A stretch of 64,000 nucleotides of DNA from an uncultured Acidobacteriaceae bacterium (GCA_963828115.1 CAWHDN010000022.1:5592-69591), one strand, 5' to 3'. Positions 43,424-52,768 are shown, numbered from the stretch's first letter. Translations and numbers: made by a program. The notes: generated from the letters alone by a model not told the origin.

Positions 43424-43563
43424 TGTTGGCAGCGCAATCGTCTACTCCTTGGCAAAGATGCTCTGGAACTCCTATTGATGGTTCCTTCGCCCGCTCCATC
43501 CCACCGCAATCTTATTCGCTGCATCGCCCCCACTCAAAACAGTACACTGAACCCCAGCCCTCT

Positions 43564-45066
43564 ATGAACCTCTACGCCGTCACGCTCGCTGTCATCGTCC
43601 TCACCCTGCTCACCGTCTCGCTCACCCGCCTGGGCAAGGTCCACACCCGCGCCGACTATCTCGTCGCCGGCCGCTCGCTGCCAGCCTTCGTCCTCGTCTT
43701 CACCCTCCTCAGCTCCTGGATCGGCTCCGGCTCGCTGCTGGGCGGCGCGGAGAACGCCTATCGCCACGGCTTCGCGGCCCTCTGGCAGCCTGCCGGTGGA
43801 TGGGCCGGTCTGGCCCTCATCTACTTCATCGCGCCTCGAGCGAGGCGCTTCGCCCAGTACACCATCCCAGACCTGCTCGAAACCCGCTACAACCAGACCG
43901 CCCGCGTCCTCGGCGTTATCGCCATCCTCTTCACCTACACCGCCATCACCAGCTACCAGTTCATTGGCGGCGGAGACATCCTCCACCTCATCTTCCCCGC
44001 CTCCATCACCGCCATCCACGGCCGCTATCTCATCGCCGCCTTCGTCATCCTCTTCACCGCCATCGCCGGAATGTCTTCGGTCGCCTACATGGATGTCGCC
44101 ATCGGCCTGCTCGCCACCTTCACCCTCTGCGCCGCGCTGCCCGTCCTGCTGCACAACTTCGGCGGCTGGCCCGCCGTCCGCGCCGCCCTTCCCGCCACCC
44201 ACTTCCAAATCTTCGGAGACCTGCATCCCTTCAACAGCTATCCCGGCGCCAACCTTCTTCCCGACGGCACACACGAGCGCATCTCCTCCGCGCTGGAGAT
44301 ATTTCTCCCAACCTGCCTGCTCATGCTGGGCAACCAGTCCATGTACCAGAAGTTCTTTTCCGCGAAGTCGGAGAAGGATGCCAGCCGCGCCGTCGCCGGA
44401 TGGATCGTCGGCACCGTCATTCTCGAAACCGTGATCGTCGCCCTCGCCGTCGCCGGCTCCGCCATCTTCCCCACCGGCGATGTCCACGACCACCCCCGCG
44501 AGATCCTCGCCTACACCGGCCTCCACGCCTTCAGCGGCTCAAAAGTCCTGATGGTTCTCGGCGCGCTCCTGGTCGGAGCCATCTTCGCCAAGATCGTCTC
44601 CACCGCCAACAACTATCTCTTCTCCCCCGCCGCCAACCTGGTCAACGACCTCTTCGTCCGCTACATCCGCCCCAAGGCCGGAAACAATCAAATCCTCCTC
44701 GTCTCGCGCCTCATGGTCGTCCTGCTCGGTCTCTGGGCGCTCTACCAGGGACTGCACACCGAGTCCGTCCTCAAGAAGTCCCTCTACGCCTACACCATCT
44801 ACTCCGCCGCACTCACGCCCGTCATCCTCGCTGCGTTTTATTGGAAGCGCGCCACAGCCTCCGCCGCAGTCGCATCCATCTTCACGGGAACATTCGTCAC
44901 CGTCTTCTGGGACAGCGCCTTCATCCACGCCCACTTGCCGGCTATTATTAGCGAACGCGACGCCATCTTCCCCGCTCTCATCGCCAGCCTGCTCTGCCTG
45001 GTCACCGTCAGCCTGCTCACTCCGCCCCCCTCGGAATCCCACCTCCGCGCCTTCGCCGAAAACTAG
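43564..45066 (+). CDS. Sodium:solute symporter family protein
   Basis: DYLVAGRSL, SWIGSGSLLG, TIPDLLETRY, QKFFSAKS, many TMs. Confidence 0.9.
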   Translation: MNLYAVTLAVIVLTLLTVSLTRLGKVHTRADYLVAGRSLPAFVLVFTLLSSWIGSGSLLGGAENAYRHGFAALWQPAGGWAGLALIYFIAPRARRFAQYTIPDLLETRYNQTARVLGVIAILFTYTAITSYQFIGGGDILHLIFPASITAIHGRYLIAAFVILFTAIAGMSSVAYMDVAIGLLATFTLCAALPVLLHNFGGWPAVRAALPATHFQIFGDLHPFNSYPGANLLPDGTHERISSALEIFLPTCLLMLGNQSMYQKFFSAKSEKDASRAVAGWIVGTVILETVIVALAVAGSAIFPTGDVHDHPREILAYTGLHAFSGSKVLMVLGALLVGAIFAKIVSTANNYLFSPAANLVNDLFVRYIRPKAGNNQILLVSRLMVVLLGLWALYQGLHTESVLKKSLYAYTIYSAALTPVILAAFYWKRATASAAVASIFTGTFVTVFWDSAFIHAHLPAIISERDAIFPALIASLLCLVTVSLLTPPPSESHLRAFAEN

Positions 45067-45100
45067 TCGCGGTTTCGCTCTTGAGCTAGAGAAATTGAAT

Positions 45101-45160
45101 TGTCATCCTGAGCGGAGTTTGGCGCGCTTTTGCGCCAAACGCAGTCGAAGGACCTGCGGT
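45101..45160 (+). repeat. Family A variant REP with long internal hairpin
   Basis: tgtcatcctgagcgga gtttggcgc..gcgccaaac gcagtcgaaggacctgcgg. Confidence 0.8.
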
Positions 45161-45238
45161 GATGCTCGTACAACGACAGTCGTCGACGCTTTCTTCCAAC
45201 AGACTCGACCGTCTGTCAACTCATAAAAAGCGCACCCG

Positions 45239-46114
45239 CTAATTCTCCACTGGCCGCTCGATGTGGTCGATGACGATGACGGTCGTGTCGGCTTTGCCTG
45301 GTTCCAGCCTAAGGCCAAGGTTTTTGACTCCCTCGATGATCCCGCCGAAGTCCGTGTTCTCTACGGTGGATGTCTTGGGGTCGTAGTGTGCACTTGGCAG
45401 GGGCTTCACATGGAAATCATATTTTCCGGTTAGTCCGGTCTTGTTGATAACATCGCGGTCGAGCCGTGCGGCAAGCGCATCCACGAGGTCTGCCATGGAG
45501 CAGTTCGTGTACGCGGCCTCGTCCATGCTGACCCATTCGACACTCCCTCTGACAGGCGTCTTAGCATCGCTTGGGGCGTTCGGGTCAGGCTTCGTCGGGG
45601 TTAATTTGGGGCCGCCCTTGGCGACCACAAGATTGTAAACAGCGCGAGTCTGAATCTGGATGTGCACTTTGAGGTGGAGGGCGTCGGGGAGCGCGGCGCG
45701 GACCATCAGCCTCTTTGTGGAGTCGTCCATCTTCTGCCAAACCGCGACATCCTCAGGCGCGACCTTGGCCACAAAGTCATACCGGTCGGTGTCGACCCAT
45801 TCGGGCTCTCCCTTCACCAGGTAAGCGGAGCCGCCGCCGTACGCCAGGTCGAGCAGGCCCTTGACTGGCAGACAATGTCTCTGCCAGGAGTCGCCCGTCG
45901 CGATCGTTCTGCCGGTGCCGTAGTTGTCCGCAGCGCAGAGCTTCAGGTAGACCACATCGAATTTGATGGTGGGCCCAGTGGGCTCGGTCGGTGTGGCGCT
46001 GTGCTGTGCAGAACCTGCTGGTGCGACACTGAGGGCACGGGTGGTCTGGGCGGTAAGGTTCGGAGCGAACAGAATCGATGTGAGAAGTAGCGCGGTCGCG
46101 ACAAGATGCTTCAT
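45239..46114 (-). CDS. TIGR03435-family exported protein (acidobacterial soil-associated family)
   Basis: FDVV, W.DTDRYDFVAK, YNLVVAKGGPKL, VINKTGLTGKYDF, LGLRLEP, IVIDHIERPVEN. Confidence 0.88.
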   Translation of the reverse strand: MKHLVATALLLTSILFAPNLTAQTTRALSVAPAGSAQHSATPTEPTGPTIKFDVVYLKLCAADNYGTGRTIATGDSWQRHCLPVKGLLDLAYGGGSAYLVKGEPEWVDTDRYDFVAKVAPEDVAVWQKMDDSTKRLMVRAALPDALHLKVHIQIQTRAVYNLVVAKGGPKLTPTKPDPNAPSDAKTPVRGSVEWVSMDEAAYTNCSMADLVDALAARLDRDVINKTGLTGKYDFHVKPLPSAHYDPKTSTVENTDFGGIIEGVKNLGLRLEPGKADTTVIVIDHIERPVEN

Positions 46115-46187
46115 AGGATTTCCATACCGGACGTCGAATGTCCTCAAGTGTTTGACCCGCGCAACAAGCTCAAGTTAAGGTACCACG

Positions 46188-46287
46188 ATCTTCCGAGCTC
46201 CTCGCCAGCCTCGTCTGCCTCATCACGGTCAGCCTGCTCACCCCGCCCCCCACGGAATCACACCTCCGCGCCTTCGCCGAAAACTAG
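46188..46287 (+). pseudogene. Stranded duplicate of the 3' ~100 bp of the sodium:solute symporter gene
   Basis: Aligns to 44965..45066; last 27 nt identical (cacctccgcgccttcgccgaaaactag). Confidence 0.9.
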
Positions 46288-46330
46288 ACGTAAAGCCTCC
46301 TAAGACATTCTGGAGTAGCACCCCTGAAAT

Positions 46331-46481
46331 CGTCATTCTGGCGAGGCCAGAATCCCTGTATTTCGTCGTTGCTTGTTCCACGTCGTTGCTTGTTTTTGCT
46401 GTCACCTGAGCGGAGTGACTCACGGACTTATCGTGAGTCACGCAGTCGAAGAGCCTGTCCTGAGCTTGTCGAAGGAACCCC
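46331..46481 (+). repeat. Family A variant REP cluster
   Basis: cgtcattctggcgaggccagaatccctgtattt; tgtcacctgagcgga..hairpin..cgcagtcgaag..ctgagcttgtcgaagg. Confidence 0.75.
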
Positions 46482-46672
46482 GATGCAATCGCGGACGCCA
46501 CAACCGCCCGCGCCTTTCTCCCGATACACCGCATTTTTCCCTGCGTACCCTCCACGCACAACCCTCCCCCACTCCTTCGCATCCAACTCCCCAAGTAGTT
46601 AATCCCCGGCAGATGCGCTAGGCTGAATTAGGCGAGAGTCTGGGCGTTCCCCGAACCCCGGAGCCGACACCA

Positions 46673-47350
46673 ATGAGTTCTCAAGGCCAGCTGATGTCGC
46701 AAGCCCCACCCGCAAGATCCAATCCCGGCCTCTTCAAGCGCAACCCGCCCATCGCCGGTGAGGCTGAAGCCATCGAAGCCGCCAAGCGCGGAGATGCCGA
46801 TGCCTTCGCCAGGCTCTATAACCTGCACAAGCGCCGCGTATACACCCTCTGCCTGCGCATGTTGGGCAACGTCAGTGCCGCCGAGGATATGACCCAGAAC
46901 GCCTTCCTCCATCTCTTCCGCAAGATCGAGAGCTTCCGCGGCGAATCCGCCTTCTCCACCTGGCTGCACCGCCTCACCGTCAACCTCGTCCTCATGCAGT
47001 TGCGCAAGAAGGGCCTCAACCTCGTCTCCCTCGAAGAGACCATCAACCCAGAAGACGATGCCCCGCGCCGCGACTTCGGCAGCCGCGACCCCGTCCTCGC
47101 CGGTTCGGTCGACCGCGTCGCCTTGGAGCGCGCCGTCGCAGCCCTGCCCCCCGGATACCGCATGGTCTTCGTCCTGCACGACGTCGAGGGATACGAACAC
47201 AACGAGATCGCTACCATGCTCGACTGCTCCACAGGTAACAGCAAATCCCAACTGCACAAGGCCCGGCTCAAGCTCCGCGAACTGCTCCGCAACCCCAACC
47301 AGTTGCCCCAGTCGCCCCTGCCGTCCGGGCCCGAGGAGTCCGCCAAATGA
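46673..47350 (+). CDS. ECF RNA polymerase sigma factor
   Basis: GDADAFARLY, AEDMTQNAF, FRGESAFSTWLHRL, LHDVEGYEHNEIA...SKSQLHKAR. Confidence 0.92.
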   Translation: MSSQGQLMSQAPPARSNPGLFKRNPPIAGEAEAIEAAKRGDADAFARLYNLHKRRVYTLCLRMLGNVSAAEDMTQNAFLHLFRKIESFRGESAFSTWLHRLTVNLVLMQLRKKGLNLVSLEETINPEDDAPRRDFGSRDPVLAGSVDRVALERAVAALPPGYRMVFVLHDVEGYEHNEIATMLDCSTGNSKSQLHKARLKLRELLRNPNQLPQSPLPSGPEESAK

Positions 47351-47664
47351 CCCTCCCCCGCAACATCGACTTCGACTCCCTCAAGCCCGAGGAGTTTGAA
47401 CACATCCTCCCCGACCTCTTCGCCTCCGGCGACGGCAAGGTCAGCCAGGACCCGCGCCTCAAAAAGTTCCTCGCCGCCAACCCAGACTGCGCAGCCCTCG
47501 TTAGCGACCTCGAAGTCATCGCCGAAACAGCCCGCAGCCTCTTCGAGCCCGTCGCCGAACCAAGCGACCGCGTCTGGCAGAACATCCAGGCCAAGCTCCA
47601 GGAAGAATCCGCCCTCGCATCCATCGACGACGACTACATCGACCCATCCAAGCCACTCGACTAA
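47347..47664 (+). CDS. Small soluble acidic protein coupled to sigma gene, putative anti-sigma
   Basis: ATGA overlap; EFEHILPDL, FLAANPDCAALV (degenerate zinc-anti-sigma pattern), EPSDRVWQNI. Confidence 0.65.
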   Translation: MTLPRNIDFDSLKPEEFEHILPDLFASGDGKVSQDPRLKKFLAANPDCAALVSDLEVIAETARSLFEPVAEPSDRVWQNIQAKLQEESALASIDDDYIDPSKPLD

Positions 47665-47676
47665 TCTCCCGCGCGC

Positions 47677-47764
47677 CGTCATTCTGGCGAAGCCAGAATC
47701 TCCGTATTTCGTCGTTGTCTGTTCTCGCCTGTCATTCTGAGCGCAGCGAAGAATCCCCGCATTT
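47677..47764 (+). repeat. Two family A REPs
   Basis: cgtcattctggcgaagccagaatctccgtattt and tgtcattctgagcgcagcgaagaatccccgcattt. Confidence 0.85.
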
Positions 47765-47816
47765 GCTTTTGTCCCGGTTACAGCAAATCTACCCGTACAA
47801 CTTTCGATCAATCTTC

Positions 47817-47845
47817 TTGCAACCAATCCAGCTCAGGTGTACTCT
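47817..47845 (+). promoter_or_regulatory. Sigma70-type promoter of the aroK leader
   Basis: TTGCAA-17 nt-TACTCT, 10 nt before the leader ATG. Confidence 0.6.
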
Positions 47846-47855
47846 CACATTCAGG

Positions 47856-47954
47856 ATGAATACACGCTCGCTTCAGTACGGCTACTTTACCTATCCCTGC
47901 CCTTGGTGGCAGGGAGCGGGTCAGCCGGGCTTGCGTGCAGCTCTGTACCGATAA
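47856..47954 (+). CDS. Aromatic-residue-rich leader peptide (MNTRSLQYGYFTYPCPWWQGAGQPGLRAALYR)
   Basis: Six Tyr/Phe/Trp codons in an 11-codon stretch including tandem TGG TGG; lies between a promoter and a terminator upstream of shikimate kinase. Confidence 0.72.
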   Translation: MNTRSLQYGYFTYPCPWWQGAGQPGLRAALYR

Positions 47955-47992
47955 AACAAGATCGCCTTACAGAGCATCCACCAAATCCACTG

Positions 47993-48029
47993 AGCCGCGA
48001 CCCCCACAAAAGGTCGCGGCTTTCGTTTG
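47993..48029 (+). terminator. Attenuator terminator upstream of aroK
   Basis: Perfect 10-bp stem agccgcgacc/ggtcgcggct followed by ttcgttt, about 40 nt before the aroK ATG. Confidence 0.78.
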
Positions 48030-48059
48030 TCGCAAACACTGTTGCAACAAGGAGCCGTA

Positions 48060-48644
48060 ATGAACGCCCAACCCACCGCCGAGTCCGCCGCCGAACCTCA
48101 TACCATCGCGACCCAGCCCGCGCATCTACGCCGCCTTGTCCTCACCGGGTTCATGGGTGCCGGCAAGACCACCGTCGGCCGCCTGCTCGCCGCCCGACTC
48201 AACTGGGACTTCCTCGACCTCGACGCCTACATCGAGTCGCGATCTGGCCTCTCCGTCCCCGCCATCTTCTCCATCCACGGCGAAGCCCATTTCCGCCAGC
48301 TTGAGTCCATGGCCCTGGCCTCAGCCCTCGGCCGCAACCGCCTGGTCCTCGCACTCGGCGGTGGAGCACCCGAGGTCCTCACCAACCGCCTCCTCCTTGA
48401 GCAGACCCCTGCCACCTCCACCATCTTCCTCGACGCGCCCTTCTCCGCACTCTTCGACCGCTGTATGATGCAGGCCCTCAATCCTGGTACTACCGACCGG
48501 CCGATACTAGCCGACCCCGCCACCGCCGAGGCCCGCTTCCTCGTCCGTCAGCCTATCTACCGTCTCCTGGCCCGCCTCACACTCGATACCGCCAGCCTCA
48601 CCCCCGAACAGACCGTCGCCGCCATTCTCGCCCGCCTCACCTAA
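48060..48644 (+). CDS. aroK: Shikimate kinase
   Basis: LTGFMGAGKTTVG, DLDAYIE, GEAHFRQLE, ALGGG, RPIL, RQPIY; RBS aaggag. Confidence 0.93.
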   Translation: MNAQPTAESAAEPHTIATQPAHLRRLVLTGFMGAGKTTVGRLLAARLNWDFLDLDAYIESRSGLSVPAIFSIHGEAHFRQLESMALASALGRNRLVLALGGGAPEVLTNRLLLEQTPATSTIFLDAPFSALFDRCMMQALNPGTTDRPILADPATAEARFLVRQPIYRLLARLTLDTASLTPEQTVAAILARLT

Positions 48645-48654
48645 CCACACACCC

Positions 48655-48846
48655 CGTCATCCCGACCGGCCGCCAAACTCCGTCATCCCGACCGGAGCAA
48701 CGGACGGTCTCATCGTCCGTTGCGCAGCGGAGGGACCCCCGCATTTCGCTCTTGTCTGTTCTTAACCCATATTTGCCTTTTCCTTTGTTTGTTCTTAATC
48801 GGTTTCATCGGTGTCAATCGGTGTTAGGCTTTTGCCCTTGCCGTTG
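48655..48846 (+). repeat. Composite repeat: family A variant REP, TTGYYT hexamer tract and ATCGGTG repeats
   Basis: Same order of parts as 63616..63762. Confidence 0.75.
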
Positions 48847-48884
48847 TTTGTTCTATCCTCCAGATCGCGCATAATGCACACTGG

Positions 48885-49961
48885 ATGCATCTCATCAAAA
48901 GGAGGAGCCCCCTGCCGACCTCAACACCCAACCCGACCGAGCAGAACCGCCTCGCCATCCGCGGACACATCCTCTTTGCCTTCGCTCTGTTGATTGCCCT
49001 CGCCCTGGCCTGGCGTCTGCGCGAGGTCCTCGTGCTCATCTATGTCAGCGCGCTCTTCGCTGTCGTGCTCATGCCCGCCGTCAACCACATCATGAGCTTC
49101 CGCTTTCGAGGCACTCGCCACGTCTCGCGTCCCATCGCCATCCTGGTTCTGCTCGGTTGCGTCTTCTTCGCATTCGCTCTGTTCTTCCTCGTTGCTCTGC
49201 CCCCCGTCATCCGCGACCTCCACCAGTTCGCCGAGGACCTGCCCGCCCGCATTCCTCCCATCGTCGCCCACCTCAAGAGCCTTCCGCTCGCCGACAAGCT
49301 TGGCGTCGACAACATCGCCCAACGCTCAGAGGACGCCCTCTCCGCCACTGCCGCCTACCTCTTCGCCTCCTTCCCAGACTGGATGGGCCGCATATTCGAT
49401 CTGCTCGCCGCCCTCGTCCTCTGCGTCTACTTCATGCTCGAAGGAGAGTACGCCTACCGCTGGCTCATGTCGCTCTTGTCCGTGGAACACCGCCTCCGCC
49501 TCGCCGTCACCCTGCAAAAAGCTGAACGGCGCGCCAGCAAGTGGCTCTTCGGCCAAGCCACGCTGATGCTCATCCTCGGCCTCGCCAGCACCCTCGTCTT
49601 CGGCCTGCTGCACGTCCGCTACTTCATCCTCCTCGGCATCCTCATGGGGCTGATGAACTGCATCCCCATCGCCGGCGGAGTCATCACCATCCTGCTCGTC
49701 GGCCTGGTCGCGGCCCTCGACTCCTGGACCAAGATGGCCGCCGTCTTCCTCTTCTACCTCATCTACGTCAACATCGAGAACGCATACCTCACTCCGCGCA
49801 TCATGCGTCAGAGCGTCAATCTCATGGGCCTCACCGTCCTCATCGCCCTCATCGCCGGCACAGAACTGGCCGGCATCGTCGGCGCTCTGGTCGCCGTCCC
49901 AACCGCGGCCCTCATCGCCGTCCTCATGGACGAGTACCTCGTCCAGAAAGACCTCACCTAG
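48885..49961 (+). CDS. AI-2E family transporter (start may be CTG at 48912)
   Basis: YFMLEG, NCIPIAG, ENAYLTPRIM, GIVGALVAVP; AGGAGG sits upstream of the in-frame CTG. Confidence 0.87.
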   Translation: MHLIKRRSPLPTSTPNPTEQNRLAIRGHILFAFALLIALALAWRLREVLVLIYVSALFAVVLMPAVNHIMSFRFRGTRHVSRPIAILVLLGCVFFAFALFFLVALPPVIRDLHQFAEDLPARIPPIVAHLKSLPLADKLGVDNIAQRSEDALSATAAYLFASFPDWMGRIFDLLAALVLCVYFMLEGEYAYRWLMSLLSVEHRLRLAVTLQKAERRASKWLFGQATLMLILGLASTLVFGLLHVRYFILLGILMGLMNCIPIAGGVITILLVGLVAALDSWTKMAAVFLFYLIYVNIENAYLTPRIMRQSVNLMGLTVLIALIAGTELAGIVGALVAVPTAALIAVLMDEYLVQKDLT

Positions 49962-50028
49962 CCCTTCCAGTCAACCAATAACCAACAACCAGTGACCAAC
50001 CATTCTTTTTCGCTGTATCCTTTCCTCC

Positions 50029-50592
50029 ATGTCCGATCTCACCTTTGCCCAAGACGAACGCCGCAACTTCCTGGCACCCGCCCTCATCGCCATCGTCGTC
50101 CTTGCCATCATCATTGGCGGCATCTATCTCTACGTCCCGCACAGCGTCGCTGACATCCGTGTCACCCATGTCAACGTCCTGCCCGAGCACACCGTCTTCA
50201 AGACCGACTCCAAGGTCGTCGGCCAGCAGGCCCCCTTCGAGGACGACTATTACATCCTCGCAACCGTGAGCCTTGACGACCGCCTCCGCGTCCCGCTCAC
50301 CATCGACGACATCACCGGAACCATCACCGCGCCCGATGGCACCGAGACCACCACCAGCGCCATTCAGAAGCGAGACCTCCCCAACCTATACATCACCTTC
50401 CCCGCGCTCGTGCCGCTCTCCTCCGCGCCCCTGCTGCGCGAGTCCACCATTCAGCCCGGAGGCCACGCCGAAGGAATGGTCCTGCTCCACTACCCCATCG
50501 CACAGTCCGTATGGGACCAGCGCAAGTCCGCCTCCATCACCCTCAAGTTCTACAACCAGGACCCCATCACCGTCCCCCTCCCAAAACCCTGA
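50029..50592 (+). CDS. Hypothetical single-TM membrane-anchored protein
   Basis: One N-terminal TM then a beta-rich domain; host-like codon usage. Confidence 0.7.
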   Translation: MSDLTFAQDERRNFLAPALIAIVVLAIIIGGIYLYVPHSVADIRVTHVNVLPEHTVFKTDSKVVGQQAPFEDDYYILATVSLDDRLRVPLTIDDITGTITAPDGTETTTSAIQKRDLPNLYITFPALVPLSSAPLLRESTIQPGGHAEGMVLLHYPIAQSVWDQRKSASITLKFYNQDPITVPLPKP

Positions 50593-50681
50593 CCTCGCCT
50601 TTGCTGTTGTTTTTGTTCTTGATCTTGTTTTTGATTTTGCTTTTACCAACAACCAGCAACCAACAACCAACAACCGTTCTT

Positions 50682-51434
50682 ATGACTCGTCGCCGCTGGA
50701 TCGCCGACACCTGGTCGCCTCAATCCGGCCATCCCACCCACGCCGCCCTCACCGGCGAGCAGGCGCTGCATCTCGCCCGCGTCCTGCGCGCCCAGCCCGG
50801 CCAGCTCTTCGATGTCGTAGCCAACGGCTTCCTCCTCCGCGCCGAAGTCACTGCGGTCTCAGACCACGAAGTCCTCTTCACCCTCCACGAAGAGTTGGAA
50901 GCCGACGCAGCCCTCCCCATCCACCTTCTGCTCGCCGTCTTCAAGTTCGACCGCTTCGAGTGGGCCATAGAGAAGGCCACCGAACTCGGCGTCGCCCGCA
51001 TCACGCCCATCCTCGCCCGCCGCACGGAAAAGCACCTCGCCCTCGCCTCCGCCAAACGTGCCGAACGCTGGCGTCGCATCGCACTCGAGTCCGCCAAGCA
51101 GTCCCGCCGCACCGATGTCCCCGAAATCTCCGATCCCACCCCACTCCCCGCCGCTCTCACCCGCGAGTCCGCCCCCCTGCGCATCCTCCTCAGCGAGACC
51201 GAACAATCTCTCACCCTCGTCTCAGCATTGTCCTCCGCGTCTTTCAACCAACAACCAGCAACCAACAACCAACAACTGTCCCTCGCCATCGGCCCCGAAG
51301 GCGGCTGGACCCCCGAAGAAATGGCTCTCTTCACTCAGCACGCATGGACGCACGTCACCCTCGGCCCCCGAATCCTCCGCGCCGAAACCGCCGCCATCGC
51401 CGCCATCGCTATCGCCAGCGCACACCTCTCCTGA
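50682..51434 (+). CDS. rsmE: 16S rRNA m3U1498 methyltransferase
   Basis: HLARVLR, EKATELGV, AKQSRR, IGPEGGW, LGPRILRAETA. Confidence 0.93.
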   Translation: MTRRRWIADTWSPQSGHPTHAALTGEQALHLARVLRAQPGQLFDVVANGFLLRAEVTAVSDHEVLFTLHEELEADAALPIHLLLAVFKFDRFEWAIEKATELGVARITPILARRTEKHLALASAKRAERWRRIALESAKQSRRTDVPEISDPTPLPAALTRESAPLRILLSETEQSLTLVSALSSASFNQQPATNNQQLSLAIGPEGGWTPEEMALFTQHAWTHVTLGPRILRAETAAIAAIAIASAHLS

Positions 51435-51580
51435 CTCCGCATTTAGCTTGTCATTCCGCAGCGCAGCGGAGGAATCTGCTTTTCTCCTCACCACCACAAA
51501 AAGCAAAAGGACGACTGAGCATTTCGCCCAGCCGCTCTACGCTAACTTGCTAACTCGCTGACTCGCTAACTCGCACGACC

Positions 51581-52729
51581 CTAGCTGAACATCTCCTTCA
51601 TCTTCTCGAACAGCCCCCGATTGGTCGGCGTATTCTCCACCGTCATCGTCTCGCTAAGCTGTTTCAACAAATCCCTCTGCGTCTTCGACAGCTTCGACGG
51701 CGTCGCCACCCTCACCTCCACAATCAAATCTCCCTTGCCGTGCGAGTTCAGGTGTGGCACGCCCTTCCCTTTCAGCTTGATCTCGCGCCCGCTCTGTGTT
51801 CCCTCGGGAATCCGGATCGTCGCCATTCCTTCCAGTGTCTCGATCTGCAACTCCGTCCCCAGCGCCGCCTGCGGAAACGAGACTGGCAGTACGCAGTGCA
51901 GGTCGTCGCCATCGCGCTCGAAGAACTTGTGCGCCTTCACGCTCAGAACCACATACAGATCGCCCGCCGGCCCGCCGAACCTCCCTGCCTCGCCCTCGCC
52001 CTGGTAGCGGATCCGTGTGTCCTGCTCTACTCCCGCCGGGACCTTCACCAGGATCTCGTGCTTCTTCGCCTGCAATCCCCCGCCCCGGCACGCCGTGCAT
52101 GGATCGGCAATTGTAGTCCCCGTCCCATTGCACCGCCCGCAGGTCTTCGCCACCGAAAAGAACCCCTGCTGGAACCGCACCTGTCCGCGTCCGCCGCATC
52201 CAGTACATGTCGCCGGAGCCTTGCCCTTCGCGCTGCCCGTCCCGCGGCACTCATCGCAGGCCTCCAGCCGCTGAATGCTGATCTCCTTCTCCACTCCGAA
52301 GGCCGCTTCCTCGAACTCCATTGTCAGGTCGTAGCGCAGATCGCGCCCACGCTGCGCCCGCGAAGTCCGCCGGCCGCCGCCACCGCCCATGTTGAACATC
52401 TCGCCAAACAGATCGCCGAAGATGTCTCCCAGATCGCCCTGAAATCCCTGCGCGCCGGCAAATGGGTTCCCGGCAGCCCCGCCGCCCTGAAACGCCGCAT
52501 GGCCGTACCGGTCGTACGCCGCGCGTTTCTCAGGATCGCTCAGCACCTGGTACGCCTCGCTGCACGCCTTGAACTTCTCCTCGGCCTCAGGATTGTTCGG
52601 GTTCCGGTCCGGATGGTACTGCATCGCCATCTTGCGATAGCTGGTCTTCAGCTCCTGGTCGCTCGCGTCCCGCGATACCTGCAGCACTTCATAAAAATCT
52701 TCCCTGGTCACGTTTGCCGTCGCACTCAT
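51581..52729 (-). CDS. dnaJ: Molecular chaperone DnaJ
   Basis: J domain with HPD, G/F region, four CxxCxGxG repeats. Confidence 0.96.
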   Translation of the reverse strand: MSATANVTREDFYEVLQVSRDASDQELKTSYRKMAMQYHPDRNPNNPEAEEKFKACSEAYQVLSDPEKRAAYDRYGHAAFQGGGAAGNPFAGAQGFQGDLGDIFGDLFGEMFNMGGGGGRRTSRAQRGRDLRYDLTMEFEEAAFGVEKEISIQRLEACDECRGTGSAKGKAPATCTGCGGRGQVRFQQGFFSVAKTCGRCNGTGTTIADPCTACRGGGLQAKKHEILVKVPAGVEQDTRIRYQGEGEAGRFGGPAGDLYVVLSVKAHKFFERDGDDLHCVLPVSFPQAALGTELQIETLEGMATIRIPEGTQSGREIKLKGKGVPHLNSHGKGDLIVEVRVATPSKLSKTQRDLLKQLSETMTVENTPTNRGLFEKMKEMFS

Positions 52730-52768
52730 CTCTTAAATTTTCCCATAAAAAGTGTTCCCATTAAAGCT

